Shown in pieces: positions 1-15,072 of a stretch of 64,000 nt of DNA. The stretch is taken from positions 6,696,001 through 6,760,000 of the forward strand of contig NW_026262615.1 of the NCBI RefSeq assembly GCF_021869535.1, written 5' to 3'. The notes beneath the pieces were generated by a model, which saw only the letters and a program-made list of their open reading frames with translations, was not told where the DNA came from and made no database searches. The stretch is from Mytilus californianus. Lineage: Eukaryota. Position 1 is the stretch's first letter. Each line of letters starts with the position of its first letter. The position numbers and the translations under genes are program-made.

Positions 1-520
1 TAGAGCAAATCTGATGAGCATACAATTGTTCAATAGGTGAAGATCTATCTGCCCTGAAATTTTCAGACCAATCAGGCAACACGTTGTTGGTTTGCTGCCC
101 CTGAATTGGTAATTTTAAGAAAATTTTGCAGCTTTTGGTTATTATCTTGAATATTATTATAGATAGAGATAAACTGTAAACAGCAATAATGTACAGCAAA
201 GTTAGATCTACAGATAAGGCAACATGACCAAAATTGTCAATTGACCCCTTAAGGAGTTATTGCCCTTTATAGTCAATTTTTAACAATTTTCATAAGTTTT
301 GTAAATTTTTGTAAATTTTTACAAAGTATTTTCCACTGTAACTACCGGGCCAAGTTCATTATAGATAGAGATAATAGTAAGGAGCAAGAATGTTCAGTAA
401 AGTAAGATCTACAAACACATCACCATCAACAAAACACAATTTTGTCACGAATCCATCTGTGTCCTTTGTTTAATATGCACATAGACCAAGGTGAGCGACA
501 CAGGCTCTTTAGGGCCTTTA
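1..520. repeat. Abundant interspersed repeat with ~160-bp internal tandem units (Helentron/HINE-like, inferred)
   Basis: Units with AGGAGTTATTGCCCTT and GTAAGATCTACAAA; end motif GTGAGCGACACAGGCTC. Related copies in either orientation at ~3740-4335, 4430-5770, 6040-6620, 6660-6900, 44630-45010, 45270-46015 and 54060-54730. Confidence 0.7.
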
Positions 521-1129
521 GTTTTGTTGAATTATTTTGTATATGTCATTTCGGGGCCTTGTGTGGTTTACAATGCAGTATGGGTTTTCCTCATTGTTGA
601 AGTCCGTACGGTGACCTATAGTTGTAACTTCTACATCATTTGGTCTCTGGTAGAGAGTTGGCTATCATATTTTTATCTTTCAATTTTTATATCGTTAACC
701 GAAATAGGTCAAAATAAACTGTGTTAATAAAAGCAGAGATGTATAAAGCTGTATACATATACGGTCAAAGTGTATGAACACAGGTTGTACATGGATTGGA
801 AAACAGTTAAATTTGTAATGTAGTTAAAGAAAGGTTTAAAGAAAAATTAAAGACTTTAAGCTTTTGTTTGTTTGATGCCAGTAGGTTAAGCAACAATTCC
901 AAAAGAACATAGACAAGATAGAGATGGCAAACGTTGTGAAATTGTTAGATGATGAAGAACACGTTTTCCTTTACTGACAAATTAGTAACTATAGCCAAAA
1001 ACTTATAAACGAGATTAAAAATGAGATTTAGTGCATACATGCAGTTGTTATTAATGTAAAGTGTTTTGATATTGACACGTACGTTTTTTGTGTTTTTATT
1101 TGGGTTTTTTTTGCGGTGTGTCTATTGTA

Positions 1130-1270
1130 AAGGCAGCCGGAGGAATAGGTAAAGATCTCAATTTTTCCGACCATCATCCGTTTGCGCATGCGCAAATGTT
1201 CAATATCAGCAGCAATATCATGTGACGCGAAAAATATTTCGGATGATGTGTAGGATTGCAAACGTGCATA
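1130..1270. promoter_or_regulatory. Candidate housekeeping-type promoter motifs
   Basis: Perfect 16-bp palindrome TTTGCGCATGCGCAAA (1181-1196) containing the NRF1 consensus TGCGCATGCGCA; E-box TCATGTGAC (1218-1226); locally CpG-rich. Confidence 0.35.
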
Positions 1271-3120
1271 TGCAATGAACGTTTGGAGAATTAGAGATCG
1301 TGTATTATATAAGGATTTCCTAAAGAAAATTACAGAGAATTTGATTGCTTTAAAAACAAATTTCTATAGGACTGACTACAGAACAATAGCGTATGCATGT
1401 AAACTGAGAGGAATAAAGCGTGATATCAAACTGATTTTGCTGATTTTTACCCCATTACCTTTATCTGTATCAATAGAGGCAAAACACACAAAAGAAACAA
1501 TTAACAGGAAAACGACTTAATCAAATATCCTTGGCTGCAATATTGGTAAGTTCTACTACAAGCCTTAGGGAGATCTATGAACGTGAACTAATATGCCTTG
1601 GCTGGGAAAATTAACCCAGCTTGAGGGAAAATTCCCATTTTTTTTTATTTTAGTCTGTTTTATTTATGTTCTAAATAAAAAAAATATTATACTTTGCTAT
1701 TGTAACATGTGTAAACACAATCTTACTTTTGGGGCGTTTAACATGTGCCTAACTTTTCTCTTATTGTCTATGTGTTAAAATATTCGAACATTTTAAATAA
1801 AATATCGTGCAAATACATTTGAAAAAATCATTGGAACAAAACTTCAAGGAAATCTTAAGTTCGGGAACTTCTTTAGGAATCATAGATATCCATTGAAGCC
1901 ATAAATCACTGGCACGACTCATTACCTTGCATAAAATTCATAGGTAGAACGTAAAAAGAGGATACTCATTTTTGGCCAAGCCAGAACGATATCTGAATAT
2001 GCGATATATTATGAATAAATTCATTTGCATTTTCATTGGTTTTTGTGAATGTAAATGTTTTTGCCAAGTGACTTTAAGTCAAAAGTTTCTTTGCTGCATA
2101 TCGTTGTTGATATTTCTTTTGATCTCTCTTGACATTTGTTTTTAAATTTACGAAGAATCGATGTGTTCCAAAGAACAGCCAGTAGAAAAATGAATTACAG
2201 TTTTGAGGAGTTTATTCCCATGGTAATTCTGATTTTATCTTAGTTTTTTTTTCTTCTTAAAAACCACTCTCCTCCTAGAAAACTCATCTGTTGAAAGAAA
2301 AGGAAGTATTAGAGACTTTTCAATTTTGTAACGCATTTACATATTATTGTTTCTAAAATTACTGCTTTTAGATTATAAACCTTTCTGCATAAAATGATTT
2401 AGCACACGTCCAAATTAAAGGATGTAATATTCATGAAGCATATTCATTTAGGTATACACATAATTGCTTATTTCTCGCACTCAATGTATTTAGATATTTG
2501 AGTTTGCAATGCAAAACGCTTTCAAATAAATTCTTAAATGTGGATTTCACGATTTTTCCGACATGCTATTTAACATGTTATATAACATCTAAACATTGAA
2601 CATCGGTTGTAGAAAAAAAAACTATTTTTCTGTTCAATTTTCAATTTTAAAGTTCAGCTTGGGCATTAGGCTTCTATATGTTCTTCCTAAAGTCACTAAA
2701 ATATTTTAAAACAAATTGTTTCAGTGATTGATTGTTATTTATTTCTCAATGTCCAGTGACAAATATTGAGAGTGAGTTTTTTTTTGTTTTTGTTTAAGAC
2801 TAGCTATAAACTAAACAGAAACATGGTACATCTTGGTATCAAATTATTATATATGCTCGTTATAATCTAAAATTGGAAGGACGACGAGAAAGCCTATTTT
2901 CAATATAAAGACATATGCAAATATTAATCAACAATCAAATGCTGCACTCAACATTCAAATAAAGATAAAATAACCCAATACAATATTTCAAAAATAGCGT
3001 AGTAGTATTGTCTCAGATAAGAAAAAAAGGAAGAAATTTATATATTTTTCGACAAAAAAAACCCCGCAACAACAATGAAAACACTCTATTCTTCTTTGGT
3101 GATAATAATTAATGTATTAA

Positions 3121-3394
3121 GGTGGTACCCAACACCTTGACTAATATTAATTTGGCTCGTTTAATTTTCATAAAATTTTGACAAAATGTTTACTTTGACC
3201 CTTTGACAAAAATATAAAAATTTCAAAAAATTTGACCCAACCACTTTATCAGAAAAATTTCATTGGTTATATAGCAGTTTGACAAACACTTATTTTGATC
3301 ACTGAGAAGCCTAATATTTCCTTAACAATACAACGTTATTAAAACGTATAGCTGATTTTTACAGAGTTATCTCCCTGTAGTGTTAGGTACCATC
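3121..3394. mobile_element. MITE with TTAA target-site duplication (Kolobok-like termini)
   Basis: TTAA|GGTGGTACCCAACAC ... GTGTTAGGTACCATC|TTAA; 13/15 TIR match. Confidence 0.7.
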
Positions 3395-4429
3395 TTAAAC
3401 AAAAACGGTTTGTTCTGTAACACCAACATTTCACCAATAGGATCAACGGATTATACAACAAAACATATAATGGATATAGTTTATGCGAATGGGACAACAA
3501 TATTTAACATTTAAAAAAAATATGTATTTCCCATAGATTAAACTATCAACACATTACATTTGTGTTTCAAAAAACATGAACGATACAAAAATTGAAGAAA
3601 CGTAAAGAAGATAGGAAAATGAAAGCCTGTTATACCATTTTCTGTTTGAAATTTTAACTTATTATAATAAAAAGTTGTCTTTTTGGCGTCTAAGAAAGAC
3701 AACTCAACTTGGTTCCTATATTTAAATAAAATTATGAAATTTCATAATATTATGGTATTTCCTATTTGCCTCGACTGCAAAATGACGATTAATACAATTT
3801 TTTTTTGCATTTTTGCCAGCTATCTCAAAAACTATATTAGATAAATGGAAACTTTAGATAGTAAAAATGATCAGCAAGACAAATTCTACAAATAAGTGGG
3901 CTTGACTGAAATTGTTAGTTTACTCTTTATTGAAGATATTGCCCTTTAATAAAAATTTTCCCCATTTTTGCCTATTTTCTTGAAAACTGTAATAGATATA
4001 TAGATAGACACTTTAAGTAGCAATAATGATCAACAAGACAAGATCCACAAATAAGTCATACTATCCAAAATCTTCTGTCTACTTGTTATTGGAGTTATTG
4101 CCCTTTAATGATATTTTTTAACATTTTCGCCTATTATCTTGAAGACTATAATTTATAAAAAGAAACTTTGAAAAGGAAAAACTATCAGCAGAATAAGATC
4201 TTCAGATATGTCAACATGACTGAAATTTCAGTTAAATCTAAATAGAGAAATTCCCATTTAATAATGATTTTTACTAAAAAGTGGCTATTGTTCAAGATTC
4301 AAGTGAGCGACACAGGCTTTTCAGAGACTCTAGTTTTTTAGGGGTCCCTGTACTTTAAGGACAGGTAAGGGTTAGATGTAAGAGTAAGTGCAAGTGTTAG
4401 GGTTAGAGAGGGGTTAGATTATGGTTAAA

Positions 4430-5770
4430 GGATAGACTAGAATAGAATTGGTTCAGAAGTTTCAGAGGAGAATGTTTTTAAAGTTAGAAAACATGATAAA
4501 CAAGTTTTGTAAAACTGTGCTTTAAAGGGCAATAACTCCTGAAGGGGTCAATTGACAATTTTGGTAATAAAAACTTATTGCAGATCTTACTTTGCTGAAC
4601 ATTTTGCTGTTTACAGTTTATCTTTATCATTAATAATATTCAAGATAATAACCAATAAAATGCTTTGCTGAGCGCAGCCTGATACGACCGCAGATGTTGA
4701 ACCCTGAACAGTTTGGGCAAATTTGGACACAATATTCAAGCTTGATACTGAATCTCTTATAACAATTTGAAAAGAAATCCCCCCCCCCCCCCTATCTGGG
4801 CACTTAAATATTTCTTCTTGAAACTTTTCAAAATTTGAAATTTGAAAAATATAAAAAAAAAAAAATATGAACTCCTTAAAAAACTTGAACCCCCCTCCCC
4901 CTTATAGGAGCAATTAGCTGCAAACTCAATCTCAGCCATCCCTTTGTATTATGGAACCTTGTAGTACAATTTAAGATAGATCCATACACTTTAACACAAG
5001 TTATTGTTTGGAAACTAGTAAAATGCTTGTTTTTGGCCCCTTTTTATCCCCAATTCCTGCATGTTTAGGGCAAATACCCTCAAACCCAATACCAGTATTC
5101 CTTTTGTGATATGGAACATTGTGGTAAAATGTCAGAGAGATCCATACAATAACACACAAGTTATTGTCCGGAAACTACAAAAATGCTTCTTTTTGGCAAC
5201 TAATTCCTAACCTATTGGTACCATGACCCCCAAAATCAATCCCAACCTATCTATTGTAGTAATAAACCTTATGGTAAAATTTCATAGAGATCTATCTACT
5301 TAAACTAAAGTTTTTGTCTGGAAATCAAATGTGTCTTCGGACGACGAAGACGACAACATCATTGCATAATATGAACCCAAATAAATGTTTGTGGTTGTAT
5401 AAAAACTGCAAAATGTCATTGAACTACCAATTTAGTGCCAGCAACTCAACAATGGATTCATCTGAAAATTTCAGGGCTGATAGAACTTTACCTAATGAAC
5501 ACTTTTATCCCATGTCAGATTAATATTTGCTCTCAATGCTTTGGTTTTTGAGGCATACGCCAAAAACTGCATTTCACCCCTATGTTCTAATTTTAGCCAT
5601 GGTGGCCCTGTTTTTTGACGAAACAGAACATAAAACACAAACATTAATCTAGATACCCTAAGGATCATTTAACTTAAGTTTTGTTTGAATTGGTTCAGTA
5701 GTTTCAGAGGAGAAGATGTTTGAAATAGTTTACACTGGACGAACGACGACGATCCACACAGATGGATGCC
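4430..5770. repeat. Long copy of the same interspersed repeat family
   Basis: AGGGCAATAACTCC units, CTAGATACCC, TAGTTTCAGAGGAGAAGAT and a GACGACG tail. Confidence 0.65.
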
Positions 5771-8700
5771 AATGCAAGTAAGTGGTGGCAAAATCTCGCC
5801 ACTCCTTTGGAACGGTGAGTTAAAAATGACATAGGGTACAACTTGATTTATTTCACTTGACTGGGCCGCTCATCATTGACCAGTCAATCTGTAGACAGGT
5901 GTTTTGGGATATACTCATCAATGAGGTGTCAAATTTATATGGTCATTGAGTCGGTTAAAATATGTACACTAAACACTATATATGAGTATTCGCAAAGTAA
6001 ATAATGAGAAATGGGGTCAAAGTGTTCATAAGGTAAAGTTCTATCAGCAATGAAATTTTCAGATGAATCTTATAACCCATTGTTGGGTTGCTGCCACTAA
6101 ATTGGTAATTTTAAGGAAATTTTGCAGTTTTTGGTTATTATCTTAAATAGTATCAATGATAAAGATAAACTGTTAACTGCAAATATGTTCAGCAAAGTAA
6201 TATAAACAAATAAATTCAATGACCAAAATTGCCAATTGACCCCTTAACGAGTTATTGCCCTTTAAAGACAATTTTTCACAATTTGTTCATCTAGTTTGCT
6301 AACTTTAAAAAATCTTCTCCTTTGAAACTGATAAATCGATTTCAGCCAAACTTGGGCTGAATGAGTTTCAGATAATCTAGTATATTTTTTTTATTTTATT
6401 TTCTTGTACGTCAAGAAACATAGCCACTATGGCTAAAATGGAACATAGGGGTAAAATGTATTTCTATGCTATTGAAGAAAATATGACAGATACAAAGAAC
6501 ATCTCAATGGAATTTTTAAGCCACTCATTAATATATATTAAAAAGCAAAAATAATCATTGATGAAAGATTTAAGCAAAAAATTACAGGTGAGCGATTCAG
6601 GCTCTTGAGAGCCTCTTGTTTAAAGTAAGCAAACTAAATGAACAAATTCATGAAATTGCGAGAAATTGATTTCAAAGGGCAATAACTCCTTAAGGGGACA
6701 ATTGACAATTTTGGTCATACGAACTTATTTGTAGATCTTACTTTGATGAACATTTTTGCTGTTTACAGTTTATCTTTATCATTAATAATATTCAAGATAA
6801 TAACCAAAATCTGCAAAATTTCCTTAAAATTACCAACTAAGTTTGTTGAAATAGTTTACGACAACAAGGACAGACGAACGATGACGTCAGTAACCAAGTG
6901 ATGGCATAAGCTTACATTCAGGCCTTGGTAATCTAAAAAGAGAAAAAAGCAAGATGTGGCAAAGGTAAACAAAGGTGAAAAATGTTTTGAAATTGAAACA
7001 AATCCGATAAAAAATTATGTACGGTTACGGTGTTCACTTCAGATTTGCTTGTTTTTTTCAAAGATTATAAAAATTATCATGATGCAAACATCAAAGTGAT
7101 TATTAACTCAATGATTAGATACATTGTATAATTAAAAGTGATTAATAATGATTAATATGAACTGTGACAAGTGTGTGTTTATGCAATCCCAATTTCTTAG
7201 AAATACTGGCTTATAAAAAAAAAAAAAAAAATGACATCAGTATCACAATGTCAGAGTCAGTCAAAGTTAAAGTCCTTCAAAATGGAACCTGATGACATTG
7301 AATCATCTGAACCAAGTAAAAGACCCAAGAGTCAATGACCCACTACACCAAGAATTGATAGACATAGAAAGATCTTCAGAAACAACAACTTTAGTCGCTA
7401 CACCAACTAAACCAAACAAAGAGAGGAAATAACAGTCGATATATGTTGTAATAAACAATAACTTAAGAGATCATAACTTTTATTGATATAATAAAAACTA
7501 ACTATCCAACACGCGTCGTTTTAGTTTTATTTCATCATATTAAGACACAAAAAATTACATGTATCCTGGACTCATCAAAATTTATTGGGACTCACCATTT
7601 CTAAAAGTGATGAGTCTCAGGACTCACCATGAAAAATTCCTAGTGAGAACCCTGACAACACAGAATTGGTTATTTGATTTGAATTTATATTCAATTTTTT
7701 GCTATTGTGCAATACACTATGCTGTTGCAAATCGACCCCCCCTCCCCTAAATAAAATTACCCCCTTTTTTTTAGTACACTATGCTGTTGCGAATTGACCC
7801 CCCCCCCCAAAAAAAAATATAAAATTTTACATCCCCCTTTTTGGGCAAAAATAATATTTGAAATCTTGAGGAAATAAAATCCCCCCCCCCCACATTCTCT
7901 GTTTTAAATGTCGTGATACCAATATACGACCACAAAATTTTGTGCGGTCGTATGAAAAGTTATATTTGGGGGAGGTGAGCTTAAAAGACAAACAAAAGAT
8001 TTAAAATTAATCCCATTGAAATTGGTTAACAGATTCATGAGGTTCGTATTTATTTTCAATTGACAAATGATTGCAGATTTTTTGTTATTGCACAATACTG
8101 TGCTGTTGTGTGCAGTAATGTGCTATTGAAAATTTCTTGCTATTGCATCTATTGTGCAATACTTTGCTGTAGCACAATTGAAAATTCTTTTCTGTTGTCA
8201 ACTTGTGCAGGAATTCAGGAGTCTGATGAAGTGTTTTCAAGACCATCAATTCATGGTATATAAAATAAACAGATGTACATGTACATGTAAATAATTGCAG
8301 AACCAAAAGCCGCTTTACTAACTGTCGATGTTAATCAGACAGAAACGTTGATACTTAATGTCAGACAGAGAGTGCACGTCAACATTAATTACTAATTTCA
8401 AAGTATGCATTACTTAATTCTTGATATGAAAATGCAAGGATGTTTTTTACGCCTCCATGCCTAGCTTTCTCAATTTTCCTTTTTGTTTCTTAATAAATTT
8501 GTTTATCCAGAAATTTGGACGACCAAATTGCCTTGTCTGCCTCATCAGTAGTTATGGCCCTGATACATGTACATTCACTATCTTATAAAGCCTAGTCATG
8601 TAGAAATGCATACAAATTTAAATAAGATTGATTGCTTGATTAGTGTTTAATGCCACTTTCTGTTTCACCACTATAGTGCTATTTTGTGGCAGTCAGTCAT

Positions 8701-10574
8701 TATTGGTGGAGGAAGCCCCAACCTTCAGTAGGAAAACAGACATGCATGCTTTGAACTCACAACCTCAGTGTTGACAAGTGACACAGTAGTGTAGACCACT
8801 CAGACACTGACCAAAATTAACATCAGAGGAAATAGGAGAGAAAATCTAGTGTGGACCTGAAACAAGTCCCCAATTGAGTTGAGGTCTCCAGTTGCTAGTG
8901 TGTGTGACCAATACAACCAAAGTCCCTATTTACTAGTATATTTTACCAATACAACCCAGGTGCAAAGGTTACAGAAGTTTAAAAAGACAGTGCATTTACA
9001 AATGTATGATTAATTTTTAAATATATATGTGTGTATACGTATTAACATCAATTCTGATGCACAAAAACGAGGCGTTAATTTATTAAAATCCAAATATATA
9101 TGAAAGCTACAGGTATCATGAAAATAAGTACCATCCCTCAGTTCTATGTATACATGTTGTTATATAATTTTAAATCATGGTTAACATGGTTAAGGTCAGG
9201 AAAAAGAGCTGCACAAGCAACTTAAAATTTTTAATTTAATATGGATCAGTCAGGTTTTCAGAGAAAAAAATAATGTCTTACCCAGAGCTCATTAAGTTTT
9301 TTACTCCTCATTTTTTTGGCAATTGAGTGAAATATTTTTTTCTTTTGAATCATCAGTTTAAGTTCATCCCTCAGGCAAAGATTGAATTGGGGTTTTCGCT
9401 CCAATATTCCTGAATGTATTGTTTTTTTTTTTTCATCATGACTTTTAAACTCTGGGTAAAATTTATTCATTGTCATGTGTATGATGATAAATGTTACCAA
9501 AATATTCTCCATGTAAGCAGCAAAACAGTCACTATAAATATTTGATCAGGGTGATGCACATGATCATGATGATGGATAATTATTTCATGTCCAGTGTCAT
9601 TGCACACAGAGTTATTACTCCACGAGTGAATTATTAATCATGTCAATATGGATGACATTTCTATATTCCTCAGAATATGTTTCTGTTTTCAGTATTTAAA
9701 TAAACTACCTTCTTTGGCACGGGATGTACTTTTTCTACCTCTTCTATATTGTGTGTTATAAAAACACGAAAAAGAAAATTCTATGAACAGGTGCCGATTG
9801 TCTATCAGAATACAAAATTTTAGCCAGGGACAAAAGATTTAAATTCCAACAGGGACCAAGTTCTGATTCTCCAACCTTATGGCTACACTAACATTTACGT
9901 TAATGTAAGTGAGTGAGAATGCCCAAGTAGTTACAATTAACGGACGGACGGACAGACAGACAACAGTATACCATAGAACGTCAAGTAAATGGGCGTAAAA
10001 AAAAACATATGAATTTGACCTCGCTTGTTTGAAATAAGTACGATCAAATGATGTACACGAAAGTCATTTTACATTTTACATGAAATAACAGTCTCTAAGA
10101 CGCATAATTTCTGTTTTTATTGTAACGGTAAACCCTTCATGATAATTTGTAGACAAACATTTAACATGTTCAATTTCTAAGCCCTGCAGCATTGCTATTA
10201 TTTTACTTTAGAGGAACCTTTAGTTAGACACAAGTCATAATATACTGATATACACCCATACAGAAAAGTTGAAATAAAGTTGGATCTCGAAATTAAAGGT
10301 TAGGGTCAAATGTGAACAGGTCAACTAACAACAGGGGAATGTATCATGTATGTCTCAATATATAGCTATATATAGCCAAGCCTCAAGAAAACTACATAAT
10401 CCTTAATTCCTAGAACTACACCTACAATTCAAAAACAATACAAACAAAAGTTGAAAAAAAAAAAAGAAATGAAAACAAATTGAAAAAAAAGTTAAACAAA
10501 AAATTTTTTTTGAATGTTGAATGTTGAAATCGAATGTTGTATGTTGAAAATGAATGGAACAACCCCCCCCCCCC

Positions 10575-10618
<44 letters not shown>

Positions 10619-10919
10619 ATGTTGAATGTTGAATGTTGAATATTGAACCAACTTGACATCCGTCAATTCAATTGATTAAACATGTTAAAATGTTATCATA
10701 TATCAGTTGAAGCTAATAATCATGATAAAGGTCTGTTTCACTTTGTGGTTGTGATGCTCAGAATCGTGTGAAAGTGCTGTAAACATGATAAACAGATAAA
10801 ACAAGTCTTCGTTTGGTTCATATCGTTTGCATTCAACGTTTTTTTTTCACGGTTCACTTAATCTAATCTAATTAAACTTATCTTAAAACCCCCATTGTAG
10901 AGGAACCATATTTCCAAAT

Positions 10920-11110
10920 GTATAAAAAAGAAGATGTTGTATGATTGCCAATGAGACAACTCCACACAAGAGACCAAATAACACAGAAATTTTAAACAAC
11001 TATAGGTCACAGAACAGCCTTCAACAATGAGCAAAGTCCATACCGCACAGTCAGCTATAAAAGGCCCCGAAAAGAAAATGTAAAACAATTCAAACGAGAG
11101 AACTAACTCT
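10920..11110. mobile_element. SINE-like interspersed repeat; reverse-complement copy at ~525-670
   Basis: TATGATTGCCAATGAGACAAC...CTATAGGTCAC...CCTTCAACAATGAG...AAGGCCCCGAAA. Confidence 0.6.
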
Positions 11111-12344
11111 GACAAATCATGATTAGATAATTCGACAAATCACGGTAAATTGTTAACCAATTGATGCTAACTGTTGCCAAAAATAACCATTTGACGCCTG
11201 ACAGTAAAGCCAAACGGCAATCTTGCCCAAGTATTTGGACTACTATATACAGTGCTGTTACTCCCTCCACCATTCGGTATCTGATGTGTGCATGTTTACA
11301 ATGAAATCCTACACCCATACAACTTGGGTAAAAGGATAGTTTGGTGCTCTGTTTCCAGAAACCACTCACTTATAGATGTTGAGATATCAGAATCGCTTAT
11401 TCTTCTGCCAGATAATGGCCACAATCAACAAACTGATTATACTGCCATGATTTGGTGCGCAACAGAACCACCCCTCCCCCCAAATTATTCGCACTAGATT
11501 TATTACTGTCCAAATACCATCTTGTAACGGGCTATAAGAAATTGATACAGCAGGCGTCATGTAAGCAGGTAAGGCGTTCTATTTATACTAACCATAACTG
11601 TTAATATAAACAAAAAAATATCCAATCACCGTTGAATGCAAACAGAATCCAAACATGCAAACAGCAAACAATATGAACCATGTGAACCGAACGAAAACTT
11701 ATACTATAGGATTAAATCATGTGATTAAGAAGAAACAATAGCAAAACATCCTACCAATTGTTCCAAATACAGTTTCGTTTGAACTGAAAAATATAAAAAA
11801 CAAAAGAAGGAAACCAGCGAGAAAAATGGTGTGCACCTGTAAGCTGCCATTTTCCTTGTGAGGTCATGACCTAAAGGCATGCTCAAGAAAATATAAAGTT
11901 TATTTAATCTGTTTAAATATGAGACGCCAAAGTATTGTGAAGTTTAATTTTTCGTTTTGATAACATTTTTTTCTTGCATATTTCCTAGAATGTTTGAATA
12001 TTTAATTTCTGCGGGAAATCACGCAGGTGCGTTCATCGGTTACGTGTAACTTTGATGTCAAATTGTGTATAAATATGTGTCAAACGTCACATGCGAATGG
12101 GGACCTAAATACATACTGTGAAAATGAGCATTTAACGCAATGTGAATCCCTGGAACATTACTTTTTGGCAATATTTAAGAGCTTTAGACCCAGGAAGTCT
12201 TTCTGTGACCAAATATGATCAATATTTAAGACAACAAAGAGGATTTTGTAGTGGGGACCCGAGTCAAGTCCCCACTAGAGTAAGAGTCCCCACTTGCCCT
12301 TTGGTGTAACCTATGCAAGTCCCCAGTTCAGTATGTGCGTCGGT

Positions 12345-12390
12345 ACACACACACACACACAAACACCCCCCCCCCCCCCCCCCACACACA
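12345..12390. repeat. (CA)n microsatellite with poly-C run
   Basis: Direct sequence. Confidence 0.85.
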
Positions 12391-12596
12391 TATATTTAAA
12401 ATATACTTTTGGAAAATCATAGGTTTGAACGCTGTTTTCAATTAAGGCTTGTTTATATTTTTTCGTTTGGGCTTGTATTACATTTGCCTTCGGGTTTATA
12501 TGATCCGTTCATCCTATTTTGACTCTTCAAAATTCAAGAGTCTATCCTAAATTGAGGTAAATTATATGGCCTTCCAAATACCGTCTCGATTCCTAA

Positions 12597-12638
12597 CATC
12601 ACTGAAGAGACATTAATTGTCGAAATCCGGATATGGTG
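12597..12638 (+). ncRNA. Minimal type I hammerhead ribozyme
   Basis: Stem I CATCA/TGGTG, core CTGAAGA, stem II GACA-TTAAT-TGTC, GAAA, palindromic stem III ATCCGGAT, predicted cleavage after AUA (12633). Confidence 0.8.
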
Positions 12639-12809
12639 TACAAATGTTTTCACCATTTGTGTGCGGTATACCATCTTTTCCGCAAGTTTATTGTATTCTG
12701 TTTGGTATTAAATCAATAGTTAAGATCCATTTCGTTTATTGGAAATCGCAAATAGCAGTCAGTAGGGTTTAAGAATATCCGTTATTCCACTGGCTAGCCA
12801 CGTTATTAC

Positions 12810-14450
12810 CGGTGACCTCAACATTGTCTATAACACTTCTTTGCGAAATGTGTTATCCAAATGTCCGAAATATCGCGAGTCTAAATCCATCAATTGGACA
12901 TACAACATAAAAATACTGATGGATTCAGTCAAAGGATTATGCCAGACAATGGGCTAAACGCGAAAAAGAAGACATAGACACTCTTTTCGAATGGATTAAG
13001 GCTGTGTGGTCGTTGATACAAATCGGAATTAAGAAACTGAATAGGTCTATCAATACCTATGCTACGTCAATCTTTAAAGACCCAGATGTTGCAAAACACT
13101 TGTCCTACCTTCATGACAAATATGTTTTTGTCCCCGCAGATAAAGCCCCAAACAACATCGTTTTTGTGTGTAAATCTCACCACATAAACTGCTTGATAAA
13201 TGAATTAGGAACTTGGAAATTCAACATATACCCTCACGACACTTACCAAAGAGGAAATCCTGATTAATCATAGGTCTGTTCTATGTTCCTTTGAAATTTC
13301 AACCAAAGATGAAGAACTGGATCTTCCATCACTGTATTGGATACCTAAACTACATAAGAGTCTTTACAAACAATGGTATACTGCTGGGTCTTCTAAGTGC
13401 TCCACGAAACCTCTTTCTAAATTATTAACATCTATTTTATCAACAATCAAAGCCGGGCTTCAAAGTTATTGTGAAACTGCCTATTCTAGAGGTGGCGTGA
13501 ATCAGATGTGGATACTAAAAGATTCCAAAGATCTTTTAGAGTACATACAATCTAAGATTCTTTCATATTACAATAGTATTAAACATTTGACCTTTCTACA
13601 CTTTACACAAGTATACCCCATTCAAAACTAAAATACAAATTGAAAGAGTTGGTATTGCCTTGTTTCATAAAAAGGAATGGCCAAAGTAAAAACAAGTATC
13701 TTGTCTTAGGGAGGGATAAATCCTACTTTGTAAAGAATCACTGTGATTCAAACAAAAAATTCTCTGAAACTGACATTATCAAGATGCTTGATTTCTTGAT
13801 TGACAACATATTTGTAACGTTTGGAGGAAGAGTTTTTCAACAGACTGTCGGCATTCCAATGAGAAACAATTGTGCCCCTCTTCTTGCCGACTTGTTCCTT
13901 TATCATTATGAGGCTGACATCATAGAGGAACTTCTGAGGAAGAAAAAAGAGAAGTTAGCAATATCCTTAAACTTTACTTTCCGCTATATATATATGATAT
14001 TCTCCCACTAAATAACTCAAATTTGGTGACTATGTTGAACGCATCTATCCCATCGAACTAGATTTAAAGGATACAACAGATACAGTTAAGTCTGTTTCAT
14101 ATCCTGACGTCCATCTAGAAATTGACAATGAGGGTCGGTTGAAAACAAAACTTTACGACAAAAGAGATGATTTCAGCTTTCCAATTGTGAACTTTTCATT
14201 TCTATGTAGCAACATTCCGGCTGCGCCAACATACGGAATATGTATCTCCTAATTGATACGATATTCCCGGGCTTGTTTTTCCTATCATTATTCCCTTGAA
14301 AGAGGGTGGCTGCTTACAAGGAAGCTATTAAACCAAGAGTTCCAAATGGCGAAGTTGATATCATCCCGTCGTAAATCTTACGGACGCCATCACGAGTTGG
14401 TTGACCGTTATGGAATAACCGTTTCACTGATGATATCGGATATGTTCCCC
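12810..14450 (+). pseudogene. Penelope-like reverse transcriptase, frameshifted
   Basis: ORF pieces 13004-13267, 13640-14011 and 14253-14591. Motifs VFVPADKAPNNIVFVCK, FQQTVGIPMRNNCAPLLADLFLY (QxxGxPMG-like), FRYI followed by a TA expansion that disrupts YIDD, and KTKLYDKRDDF...LIRYSRAC. No GIY-YIG endonuclease seen. Confidence 0.85.
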
Positions 14451-15072
14451 TTCCCTTTTCACAAATGCGACCTACCGAATAAGACTATTTACCGGGTTTG
14501 TAATAACATGAGCATTACGAAGGTTGCCACATGTGGAGCAGGATCTGCTTACCCTTCTGGAGAACCTGAGATCACCCCCAGTTTTTGGTGAGGTTCGTGT
14601 TGCTTAGAATTTAGTCTTCTATGTTGTGTCTTGTGTACTATTATTTGTCTGTTTATCTTTTTCTTTTTTTAGCCATGGCGTTGTCAGTTTTTTTTCGATC
14701 GATGAGTTTGACTGTCCCTCTGGTATCTTTCACCTCTCTTTTCGATCTGCTAGTCAAATGCGTTTTGTTCAAATATACTTTTCCACTTTTTTGGTGTTTT
14801 GGAAAATGTTGTTTGCGCTGTATTTAGGCCCATCTACCAAGAAATATGTTTTGCATGCACACGTATAAAAATTGCGGTTTTTATCCAACGCAATCACAAG
14901 TTTGAACGTTGTTTTCAATTCAGACTTGTTTATATTTTTCGTTTGGGCTTGTATTATATTTTCCTTTGGGTTTATATGATCCGTTCATCCTATTGCTACT
15001 CTTTAAAATTCAAGAGTCTATCCAAAATTGATGTAAATTATATGGCCTTCCAAATACCGTTTCGATCCCTAA

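Noticed and set aside
491-727. Hydrophobic short ORFs here and at 10858-11115, 14621-14868, 17462-17816, 24472-24834, 39981-40241
   Set aside because: They lie within abundant interspersed repeats; spurious frames.
7230-7430. Coding-like low-complexity stretch
   Set aside because: Stops and frameshift, no motif or splice support.
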